Assembly (NCBI GenBank): GCA_964036045.1
Contig: OZ038379.1
Coordinates: 14,880,001-14,944,000, forward strand
Reading direction: 5' to 3'
DNA from: Eutreptiella sp. 'Long Island Sound 2002'
Taxonomy: Eukaryota > Protista > Euglenida
DNA: 64,000 bases
Below are positions 12,301-24,300 of the stretch, piece by piece (the first letter of the stretch is position 1; each line of letters starts with the position of its first letter). Below the pieces are notes generated by a model. It was not told the DNA's origin and ran no database searches. It saw nothing but the letters and a program-made list of their open reading frames with translations. Made by a program: the position numbers and the translations under genes.

Positions 12301-15300
12301 AAGTCCGCGATGGGCTTGGTGTCGCCGACGGAGATGACGTGCGAGACGTAGTGCACGTGGCAGTACGCGTGAGGGTACCGGTGCGACTGGGCGAGGCTGT
12401 GAGCGTGAGGGAGCGTGTCTCGGTGAGCGACGTGGTACTCGTTGCGGTGGAAGTCACGGTGAAGGTAGAGCTCGGGGTTGACGTTCTGCTCCTTGTGTCG
12501 GTCGGAGTGGCAGTTGTAGTGCCGGATGCGGTGGTGGTTGCCGTGAAAACGTGGCTGGCAGTGAGTGTACTGCTCAAAGTCCGCGATGGGCTTGGGGAGG
12601 CGGTGGTTGTGACGGTCATGGTCGGCGTTAAGGATGCGGTGGAACTCGGGGTGGGGGAAGAAGAGGGCGTGGAAGTGCGGCTTGGTGTGCTGGAGGCGCT
12701 GAGGGACGTACTGCGGGTTGCAGTAGCAGTGCGACTGGGGGTCGGGGTGCGGGTCGATGTGGCAGTTTGGGTTGCGGACGGAGTCCTTGTGAAAGTCAAA
12801 GTGTAGCTGCGGGTTGAGGTGTGCGTCTGGGTCGGAGTCCCAGTGCCGGATGCTGTCGATGACGAAGTGAAGATATGGCTGGCGGTCGCCGTTCCGCTTG
12901 GACTGGCAGAGGCAGGGGGTGTTGCGCTGGCCGTTGGCGTGTAGGAGCGACTGAGGGTTTGACTGCCGCTCGCCGTCGCAGAGATTGTGGGGGATCTCGA
13001 GGGGCTGGGGGTGCATGTCCGAGACCGCGTGCCGGAAGGTGTCGATGTGAGGGTGCGGGTAAGCGTGGGGCTGCAGCTCGACGTTTGGCAGAGTGTCGCC
13101 GTCGGAGATGACGTGCGAGACGTAGTGCACGTGGCGGTAGGCGTGAGGGTACCGGTGCGACTGGGCGAGGCTGTGAGCGTGAGGGAGGGTGTCTCGGTGC
13201 GAGTGAACGTCGCAGTCACCGACAAAGTGGCGGAGGGAGTGCAGCTGAGTGTAGGAGTTGTGGTGGGCGTCGCGGTGCGGCTGAAGGTGAAGGTATCGGT
13301 GCGAGAGGCCAGGGCCGTGTCTGTCGGCGAAGGAGTGGGACTAGCAGTGCGGGTGCGGGTGGGGCTGAGGCTCGGGGACGGGGTCACGGTCGGGGTCACA
13401 GTCGTCATCGCCGTGAACGTGCTGTGGAACCAGCCCAAAGACACGCTGGTGATGGCGTCGCGGGTGGGCGAGGACAAGAGGGTGGGCATGTCGGGGCTGC
13501 GGTGGTGCCCGAGGCCCAGCTGCCCGTTCGCGTTCCACCCCGTCACGTAGCACTGCCGCCCCGCGAGGAATGCCGTGGCGCGGGCGCCGGCCGCGATGGT
13601 CTCGACCGCGGCGCCGTTCGGGGCCTGGACCTGCTCCGGCGCCGACCGGTCCCGCCCGTCCCCCAGCCCCAACTGCCCAACGTCGTTGGAGCCGGTCACA
13701 AAGACGTTCCCCCCCGCCAACAGGACCGAGTGGTGGTGACCGGTCTGGACGCTGACGATCTCGTCCCCCGTCGGGACCGTCAGTAGTTGTGGGATCAGGT
13801 ACTCGGCCTCGATCGTGCCAAGCCCCAGCTGCCCCCGCGCGTTGCTCCCGAACACGTAGCACTTGCCGCCCGCCAGCACTGCACTGTGGTACCGCCCCAG
13901 CGCAATGGCGGTGATCTCCGCGCCGCCGGGATCGGGGGACGGCAACAAACGCGGGCTGTAGCGCGTGTCCGTGTCTCCAAGCCCCAACTGCCCGTTGGTG
14001 TTCAGGCCCATGACGTAGCACTCCGCCGGGGCGCTGCCGTCCGATACCGCCTCCGTCAAGAAAGCGGTGTGGAAGGAGCCGGCGGCGACGGCTGTGATTT
14101 TGGCGCCGGTTGGAGCGAGTAGAGGCTGGAGAGTGGTCGTCAACCGAACAATCGCCGGCAGACCCAGTTGGCCGAGGCGGTTGTCGCCGGCTGCATAGGC
14201 CAGACCCGCGGCTGGAAAGAGGCCAACGACGGAACATGCTACAGCACACCGGGAGGAGTGGTGCGGGGGATGACACGGAGGTATGAGAGGTGCGGTCGCA
14301 CAGAGCAATGAGCAATTTAGGGATAGGACACAAAAGTGTGTGTGTGGCGTCGGGGTGTAGTACGCAGGTGAGGGGGGTGTACGGTGATCGGACATGGAGG
14401 GCCCTGAACGACCCTGAAATCCGAGTGGAACGTGGTCACTTGGACCAGCCTTACCGACCTGCAGCAACCCACAGGCACTCTTACCCACCCCCCGCAACCC
14501 ACTGCAACCATCACCCACCAGAAACAAGGTTCAACAATCCTCCGCAGCCGTCAGCTACTCTCGACAACCCTAAGCAATCAGCTACCGCCCTCAGCGCGGT
14601 CTTTAACATGAGGTCGGGACCATTCCCAAGATTCCCAAGAGGCCCCCAAGCGTGGGAATGCATTGCCCAGGGGGAGGACATGCGCCGCGCGCTGCTTTTG
14701 CGGCGAGTACACCCGGACGGGCCTGAGTCATGTCCCCTCCCCAAATGGCCCCTCAGGAAAGGAAACCCATTGGCCTCAGGAATTGCATCATCGTCCCTGT
14801 GTCCCACGGAGATTGCACAAGCAAGAGCGCAATTCCTTCGCCGCTTGGGCCACCCATTCATCGTCACGTGCGGGGGTGTTCAAAAAGCACCTCAGCAGCA
14901 CCGGAGGGCTCAACGAACGCAATCAGACATGGCTACGGGCCAAAGTACGGGTGCTTGGTCACGCCAGACGGTCGAATCCCCGCGCCCTCCCCCACAAACA
15001 CAAACACCAAAACTGCATCCCCAACACCGAACCCCAAGACATACCGTCCACAACAACCGTGTGGTAGGTCCCCAACGCCACCACACGGATCCGCTCGGTG
15101 GCCGGAAGCCGTTGTGGCGTGGCCGTGCGGAGTGTCGCGCTCGCGGCAATCCCGAGCCCCAACTGACCGAACTGGTTAGACCCCATGACATAGGCCTCGG
15201 TCGCAGTCAAGAGCACCGTATGCGAGCCCCCGGCGGCGGTGGACACGATGTCTTGGCCGCTCGGCACGGACAGAGGCTGCGGACTTACCTCATCACCGGC

Positions 15301-18300
15301 GGTGCCTGGGCACAGGCGTACGTTTAGAGGCATGGTACATGTGAGGGCGTGTGGGGGCGTGTGGGGGTGTGAAGGCGCACGGGTGGCAGATGGAGGCCCA
15401 GAGGGGCATCCGGGGGCACAGGCGGAAAAAAGGTCAAGGGGGCGGGGGCAGTGGTCTGGGGGGTGGGTAAGGGCAGGGCATGGGTGGCGGGAGGGGGTGC
15501 TGAGACATTGGAATGGACAGGGGCAGGGACGCGGGCAGGGGCAGCGGCAGCGGCAAGGGCAGACACAACGACGTGCGGGGTGGGGTTGTTGGAGAGCAAG
15601 GATTGGTGTGAGCTGGACTCGAGGTAACATGGTCCAGGGGTGTCTATCCTTCTATCTGCCGATTGCTGGACTCAACCAGCGACTGCTTTGACGAATGTTT
15701 TGCCACAGGGGCTGGCCTGTGCGTGAAGGGGGTGTTGGGTTGGGGTCTGGGACCCCCACGTTTGTGCACCAGAAATGGCCCAAAGAAATTTGTCCTTCGG
15801 TGAATTTCATTTTTTGCCCCGCCCAATGAACTTTGGTGAGGGGGGGGTCCAGAGGAGAGGGGGGGGGGGGGGCGTGCGAAAACAATCCTCTGACTCAGGC
15901 CTGCGCACGGGGCATAGAGAGGGCACGCGGGTGTGAGTGCACATGGGACTCTGGGGCCCGCGGGCACACCTGTCCCGAGCTGACCCTCGGTATTGGATCC
16001 CATGCTGTAGGCAACGGCCAGGATGGTGCAGGACCCGCTGTAGGTCCACTGGCCGTCCTTGCCGCACACCGCCGTGGGCACGCCCGAATACGGGTACACA
16101 CAGGTCGGCGAGCACGTCCCGAACGAGTGGAAATCGCAGTCGCTGTAGTCCACGTGCTCCCCGACCGGCTCCCCGCAGTCCACCTCAAATGCGAGGTCGA
16201 ACCGCACTTGATCTGTCACCTGCCGGGCATGGCAGGGGCACAGGACATGGGTGTGGGGGGGGGGGGGGCGTGGGTAGGGGTGGGCGCAAGCGTGGGAGCG
16301 GTCATGGGTAAGAGTATGAAAAGGGGGGTGGGCAGAGCCGGGGCCAGGGCAGGGGCAGGGGCAGAGGCAGGGGTAGGGGCAGCAGTAGGGGTGAGACCAG
16401 AGATAGGGATCGGGGCATGGTCGGTATCTCAGAGCATCTCACCACCATTGAAAATCATGGTATCAGAGGAGCTGTACGCCTCTCCGTGCCTCTGGGACAT
16501 ATGCCACATAAATAACACATATGCACCACATACGTACCACATACATGCCACACCTCATATGGACCATGTACACAGCACATATACAGCACATGTACACCAC
16601 ACACACATCCACCAATCTACACCCTCATGCACACCGCAAGAAAAAGCCAGGTTTGCCCATCCTTCCCTTTGGGCATTAGGCACGCCCAAACGGGGGGAAA
16701 TTGACTGCAACCGGCTCAAGCAGATTCGAGTATTGCGGACAGGTTGAGAAGAAATATTGCTTTTTTGACCCTTTTTGACCCACTTAAACTCCCAGAAGGG
16801 CCTGTGTCCAAGGCTTCTTGGACCTTTAGTGGCCAAAACGGTTGAAAAAGGCTCAAAATGGACGCAAACACTTGTTCGAGCCTCTCACGTGGTTTGGGAA
16901 CAAAATTGTCAAAAAAATCCTTTGACCCATTATTGGCCCACAGTCGACCCATTGTAGTCCGCGCTGGTTGGGCTGGTCGTGCACTGGCTTGTGGGGACCA
17001 AGAGTGCAATATTGCACGGAAAACACAACCAATGCGTGTGGTGGTGGTGGTGGTGGTGGTGGTTGGAGGGGGGCAGGGATTGCAGGTGGACGGCGTACTC
17101 TCCGATTTGGAGTTCGAGCCATGCGGAAACTCAAAGGGTTCAGGGTCGATTCTGAAAAAAAAATGCAATTGTGGCCCACTTTTGACCCCATTCGATCCCC
17201 AAACACAAACGGCCTAAAACCATGTGCTTCGGCATGGCAAGTGGTCAGGAGCCTTTTGGAAAAATGATTTTTCACGCGTATTAGACGCATGGCAGACCTA
17301 TTGTGGCCCCAACTGGACACAAGGGCACGCGTGCTCGTGCCAGTTGGGCAACGGTGAGGGGGCCCTTCTGGAGGGTGGAAAGGCAAAACGTAGGGGGATG
17401 CCGGTGGACAAGATGCTCTCGAAAATCGCATTTTGAGCGATGTAGCCCGCCATATCTTGGTTTGGAGCTACGCAGCCTGAGCTGCACAGATTCTCGGCAA
17501 TTTTGGGCGCTTTTGTTGGTCATTTATCAGACACATTGGGAGTGTGAAGGCATCATAGCTTCTTTGACACGAGCAAACCAAGCCGGCCGTAGCACATGAT
17601 ATTCTTTTCTCGCTGCACTTGCTCTTGGCTGCCTTGAGAGGCGTTCAGGGTCGATGGGGCCTAAAATAGCTTCTTTTGGCTAACCCTGAAAACTGGGCTG
17701 CCATCGTGCTTCTGGTTCAAACTGGATTCCGGAAGGGGACAGGCCATGCCCACCATGGAGTAGAGCAGAGCCCAAAGCATGGGACGCAGTTCTGGCCAAA
17801 GGCTTGCTTCTTGCTCAGTGGCCGCAATAAGCCAAGCAAGTACCCAAGCACCGGGGCGCCTGAGGGGTCAAAATCGAAAACTTCATTGGAGGATAATTCT
17901 GTCTCCCCAAATGATGATTTTTCAGGGGGTGAGACATCCAATTTCATACCTTGGGGTAATACACGCGAATAACCCCCCAAAACGCCGCGCCGTGTACCCC
18001 GTGATCTAACTTCCCCTCTCTTAGAGGTGATTTTTGGAAGAATTGATTGAACAATGGCCGAGGGTTGTGTGCATGTACCTCCAGCTTCACAAGCCGCGTG
18101 CTGTAGTCGAATCCGAACCCACACCAGCCGCATTCACCGCCGCACTGCCCGTAGCACCGTTTGCCTTCGCAGGAAGCACCACCGTGGGCACTGAGCCCCC
18201 CGAGCGGTAAGACTGGCTGAGTGGACTCCACTTGGAATGGCGTCCCTTCCAAATTCAACCGGAAGCGGGATTCGAACTGGGGGGCCCCGCGGCAATCGGC

Positions 18301-21300
18301 CGCGATGCCCCATTTCATATGCGTCAATTTGTCGGGGCTGCTGGTCCGTCCATTGCTTGTGGCGTACTTCACGTCGCTGAGGTCCACGAACACGTGCCGC
18401 TGGCCCTTGGTTATGACGCCCTGGGGCAGAGACATGGACATGGACATGCACACGGGCGTGGGCTCAGGCACGAAGAGCACGCACCAGCGGTTTGTTTTTC
18501 TGGTGTGGTGGTGGCATTCCTAACCTTCACCCGATACGACGAACACAAAAAGACCAATCCAACGACCAATACGGCAACAACTTTTCACGAGTGCGCAGGA
18601 ATGGTCGGGAGGCGGGGGTACTGCGACAATCAATGACATCCCTTGCCAATCCCACGGGCTGCCACTTCAGTTCAACACGCAAAGGATGCCCATTCCATGC
18701 TGCACATACTCCAAACTACTACATACCACAACACATGAACATCAATTAAGTGCAGCACACGGCCCGCCAAACAAGACCTGTACCAACGCTGTGAAGCGCA
18801 CTAGAACACAGTCTGTAACGTAAACACCATATAATTGAATTGCACCAGCTGCCAGATGAATGCAGCATATAATCTGTGCACGGCACCCACATTACAAATC
18901 ACACAGAAGCTTCCACTCAAATGCAGCACACGAGCTGCGAATGAAGCACAGCATACATGCTGCCAAACGTGCAGCACGCTGGCTGCCATTTCAGCGCAGC
19001 ACACAGGCTGCCTGTTGAGCACAGCACACAGTCAACTGAATTCACCACACTGGCTGTCATACAGTGCAGCGTACAGTGTGCTAATTGGGTGCAGCAGACA
19101 TGGGCAGGGGCATGGGCGTGGGCATGCTACACTGCAAAGCATTAATCAGAATAATCTTCAGGGAGGAATGAAGCAAAAGGAGAGGGGCAGGACAAACATG
19201 GGAGATGCCCGCGGGCAGTGATGCAGCGCACGAGGGAGACCTTGATCCGCAGCTTCTGCCACGTGGTGATGAGGGGGTAGAACTCAGACCAGTTGTCAGT
19301 GGACGGGAGGTTGATGTAGTAAGCATCGCCGTCCTTGAAATCCCAACGATCGATGCTGGGCAGGGCTGCGAAACGCGGAAGTGGAGGGGAGTACTACGGA
19401 GCGTGGAAGGCGACGGACGTGTCATGAGGTGGGGGAAATGTGTTACTGATCGATACATCCCGTTGATGAAGGCGTAGCAGTAGCAATACTCCCTTTGCTG
19501 TGCAACAAACTCAAAATGCCGTGGCTGACCGGTATCTGCTGTTCGTGAAGCGCCAACGGCTGTCGACTACTTGCCACCTGCCTCTGGTCAGGGGCATCGG
19601 TGCCCATATGAGGTCCTCAGAGGCCCGCTTCCATGTGTGAAGCATGCGACTTATGGGATCGCACCGCGCACCAATCACAGGACTGCGGCAGCACTGCCTT
19701 CGGAGTGGGGCAGTCCTGCCTCCAATCCGCTGTCAACCGATCGGAAACCCCAAACACCAACCATTCAAATCTCAACTGCCGACGGCGGGCACTCACACAA
19801 ACAACCGGTAGTGGAATCCGACTCCTCGATAACCTTCCTGGGCACCTAGAGGCTGTTGATACTGGCAACCTCAGGGCTGGGGCACTTGCAAAGTAGTCCA
19901 GGGGAGAGGGGGGCCATCGGCAAGGGCGTAAAGAGAAGCCGGAATGTGCCCCCCGCACGAGTACAGATGCAGTTCTCAGGTCAGGTCAGACCGCATCAGG
20001 CAGGCAGAGGGACAGTGTGGCCGGGGCCTCCGGGAGGCTGACCCTGTGTAACAGAGCCGTCCATCGGGCGCTGACCGGAATCAGGTCACTCAACGGTCAA
20101 CGGAGGCACTTAACGGTCATGCAGTTGCATTTCATATCCGGCACCGTGTCCGATGCCATCACAAAAAATGAGAGGCAGAAACAAATGCCTCCACATGCAC
20201 CAATACAACAGGTTTTGCTCTTGTGTGTTGGGGGGGTGGGGCTCCAAAATCAGCCATTCGACAAAATGTGTCCGGCTTGTGTGATTCTTGGGGCCCTTGA
20301 AACCACAAAGTCGGGAGCTCAATGGTCGATACTAATCCGTTGAATGTCCCCACCATAGACACTTTCAGCCGTTGGTTCAATGAGTTCCATTTTGAAATGT
20401 GCTACCCCCCGCCCCCCTTGTAATCCCCCTCCCCCCCAATGTCAGGCCGGTCCCCCCATCTGGGCAGGGGGGGGGGGGGTTGCACCATCGCTGGGTACCC
20501 CAACATACATACCTCAAAAATCTTTTGAATGTACACAAATGGGGTAAACAATTTTTCAACAAAAACTAGCCGCTCAGAGTCCCATCAGCCAAGGTCTGAC
20601 CTGGAGGTCGGGTCGGGGTCAAAATAGTTTTTGGTGGTTTTCACCCATTTTTGAATTCTCCACAAACTTCTGAGTACTTTGAGTACAGACACATAGGGTC
20701 AAACCAAAAAAAACCCCCGGCCGTATGCCTAAAACAAAATCTCCGGCGCCCACAAAACCCATTGTTCCATACAACCATTTTTGGGTCCGTAGAGCACCCC
20801 CGCCCTACCCCCTCTTTGGGGTCGGGTCCTGGCCGGCAGCCACCCCCCCCCCCCGTGGACGGTCCCCCCTATTGGAGGGGGGGAGGGATTGCAAGCGGGG
20901 GGAGGTAATCAATCCTTGCAGTACACTCTGCTGTACAACAACTGGTCACGGGTGAGTACCATACAGTGCACCGGGCAGCGCCAATCAGTGCAGATCAAAG
21001 AGTACTAAGCACCAGTCAATGACCGACTACATACTACTATTTACTCACTTCCCGTGGCAAAGTCGGGGGGGACGTGGCTTGGTGTTCTGGGGAAGGACGT
21101 GTGATGCAGGTGGCAGGGGGTGGGAGGGGGGGCTGAAGTGGGGCCATGTTTAAAGGCCCACGACGGTTGGCAGGAGGAAGTCGCGTTGGCATAGGAGGAG
21201 GGAGGCGAATCGCGAGAGTTGCCCCGACACGATGGCAAAGACGTGGAGGGAGCGAGAAATGGGGATGTACAATCACGAAGGCAAAGTGAGGGCAGAGGAG

Positions 21301-24300
21301 GAGGAAAGAATGGGATGCATGTGATGGGGGGTGCGAGAGCAACGAGTGCCGACAGGCTAATGAATCAGATGAAGTCTGGTAACAAGACGGAATGCCTTAC
21401 GGGGCGCCGGTAGATGACGCCAAGCAGAGACGCAATGTCGTGCCCTAAACTGGAGCTACGCTCCGTCACCCCTGACTGTGTCGTTCAAGCATCCGGTCAG
21501 GCTCTTGGCATGTTGGCATGTTGGCATCCCGAGCCACGCGCGTCGAACGGGACCTTCCCTGAGGCCCAGAAAACAGACCTCCGTCTTGCAAGCACTCCAT
21601 GTTTGCGCCCGACAGTGTGGACGGACGCCAGCCAAACGCTGTCAATTCGTCATTAACCACAAACTGCCGTGTCCAGAGAACACCAACCGACGAAACCATC
21701 TTCCGGTTGCCAGCCAGCAGTCGGCCTGAATGGCCCAACGAAAATTTCAGAGGAAATGGCCGGTGGCTCGGGCACAAAGTCGCTTGATGGGGCAAACATT
21801 CCGTCGGTTAGGCAACAGGTCGATTGGGAAAGGATACAGCTTTTAATCAGAAAACAAGACAATTTCCTGTCCACCACAAAACGCCCTGCCAACCGCCACC
21901 AGCCAACTGCCAGTCAACCGCCGTTGGTCAATTGGCGGTTCGTGCAAATGCCTCCTGAAAGAGCGAACTGAGGAAGCATACCAGACGGCACAAGAAAGGT
22001 GGCCTGCAGCCCGAAGCCCGCCACTTCAGTGGCCGGGATGAGGGGGTCGTACTTCACGGAGGGCGTCGCCGAGCCGTCCAGCTCTACACTGAACGTGCCC
22101 CCCTCCGAACCGTCCCCGTGGGCATCGACCATGACAAACGTGTAGGTGCCGGGGGCGAGGCAAACGGTGAAGGAGTAGAACTCGTCCGACTGTAGCCCCG
22201 ACTGGTTGACCCCGAAGAGGGGGCATGACCCGCGGATGTGGAAGGCGGCCTCACCGTCGTTCGACCGCGTTGTAACGTTGACGATCACGTTCAGGCATCC
22301 GACCACGTCCACAGTGGTCGCGGCACACTTGGGCCCTGAAAGCGGAGGGACGAGGCGACTGGGACCGCGTCCGGCGCGCTGGAGGTGCCACACGCCCTGG
22401 TCGCGCTGGGAGTCTGAGGCAGGGGGCGGGGGTAGGAGGGAGCGGCCTTGGATTCGGGTGCCCGCGACTCCACCCAAATTACAACGCCCTCCGCGGGGGT
22501 GAGGCACCACCGGCTGGCGGTTGGACGCTTAACCGACGAGGATTGTCCGACGGTTGCAAGCGGTTGGCCCGTAGTCACCGGCAGCTCGCCGGCTGCAGGG
22601 CAACGTTGCGGTTTTCAAAGAGGCAAATCCTATCCTTAAACGCGTCCTGAGGATGCGTGTACAGGTGGGCCCAGGCCAGGGGCCCAATGGAACGGGGGGC
22701 TTCGGAGGTGGTCAGTGGGGTTCCATAACCCAAAGTGATAACCGTGACAAGCGGGCTCCCACTTTGCCCACAGACGGGCAAGTCCCCGACAATGCGACGC
22801 ACAACACTAATGCCGACCGGGCGCAGGGGGTATTGGGGACGTTATTGGGGCTCTGCCACTTCTGACCGAGGGGGCAGCGCCCCTCCTCCTTCACCACAGC
22901 GGAAGAATGGGATTCCCTCCCACGCTTTGCACATTGAGCCGCGGCCGTACTCTCTCCATGTTCGGGGGCGGTGGTGCCAAACCCCTAAAACCACGGTCCC
23001 AATGGGGCCCGTCGTTGGTCAAGCGGATCAAACCGCGCTTTTGGGGACGAGAGGGTTCAGGGTGCAGGTCTCACAACATCTCCTCCACATTCCCTCTGTT
23101 CCAGTGTGTGTTACCTCTTTGCCATCGCATCGGGCAACTCTCTCGCTCCCTAAAACCCCCGCCCCCCCCTCCCACCCGCCACTTCATTAGCAGTAGGCTG
23201 GCCAGTGCATCCAGCATCAAAACCCCCCCATGTCGTACCACACTGAGAGGGGGGCTAGAGGCAGGGGAGCCGTTCTGAGAGAGTGAGGAGACGGGAAGGC
23301 GGTGTCGAGCGGAGCCACGCCCCACTCCAAATGATCGCATGGTCTCGACCTCGACGAATGAGTGGACTGGATTTAGTCGCCCGCCCCAAAGTATCCACAA
23401 ACAGTGAGTCGCACTGCACCCCCCGCCCCCGTAGAATCCGTGGATCACGGTCAAATTCGGAATGCCCCAGCCCATCTCCAGCGTTCAGTTTTCTCGCGCC
23501 CGACAGAATGTTGACGGTGGGCAGTCCCACAACGGGTGATCGGACGTTCAACTCCCGGGGCGGGGGGGGGGGGGCAATGCCCCCTGGCCGGACCGCCCCC
23601 TCGGCCCCTCAGAAGGGGCTCAATTGACTGGACCCAAATCCAGGCCCGGACGTCCCTCGCGCCTTGAGACCGGACAACCGCGAATTGTGGGGCCCAGTTG
23701 TGTCGCGCAGGTACGGGCGCTGACCGTGGGTCCGCGTGTCGGACGAGGCCTTGACCCAACCCAACCCAATCCATCCCCCCCGACCCCCCCGAGCGCCCGC
23801 AATTGAAAGCCCGATGTTTCCGGTGCTGTTGGCCTTGTTCAAGATCAGGGTCACGTTGAAGCAATCCGGTCAGCGCCCGATGGACGGCTCTGTTACACAG
23901 GGTCAGCCTCCCGGAGGCCCCGGCCACACCGTCCCTCTGCCTGCCTGACGCGGTCTGACCTGACCTGAGAACTACATTTGTACTCGTGCTGGGGGCAGAT
24001 TCCGGCTTCGAGGGGGACTGAATGCCTGGTCTCTCATCGGTCCGGATGATAAGGGAAAAACAGGGGAAGACGATGGCATAGGCGAATTTCTGGGTGGATA
24101 AGGGGCAGGGCAGCGGCCATGTCCAGCGGGGCAGCAGTCGGGGAATGGAGCCAGCCCTTGCTGCGACAGATCCTCGCCCCAATCCTACCCCCGCTCAGAG
24201 AGCCAGACCGCCAGCACCACCGCCATGCGGAATACATACAATGGCCGGGTGTATGTGTTGAAGGTCTGCACAGGCATACACACGCACACGCACAAATGCA

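Noticed and set aside
11586-13550. Val/Gly-rich plus-strand ORFs
   Set aside because: Antisense shadows of the Thr/Ser/Pro stalk exon.
15277-15288. 12-nt GTAAGT...CAG micro-intron inside exon 28
   Set aside because: Too short for spliceosomal splicing, and the encoded VSPQ fits RCC1 repeat spacing.
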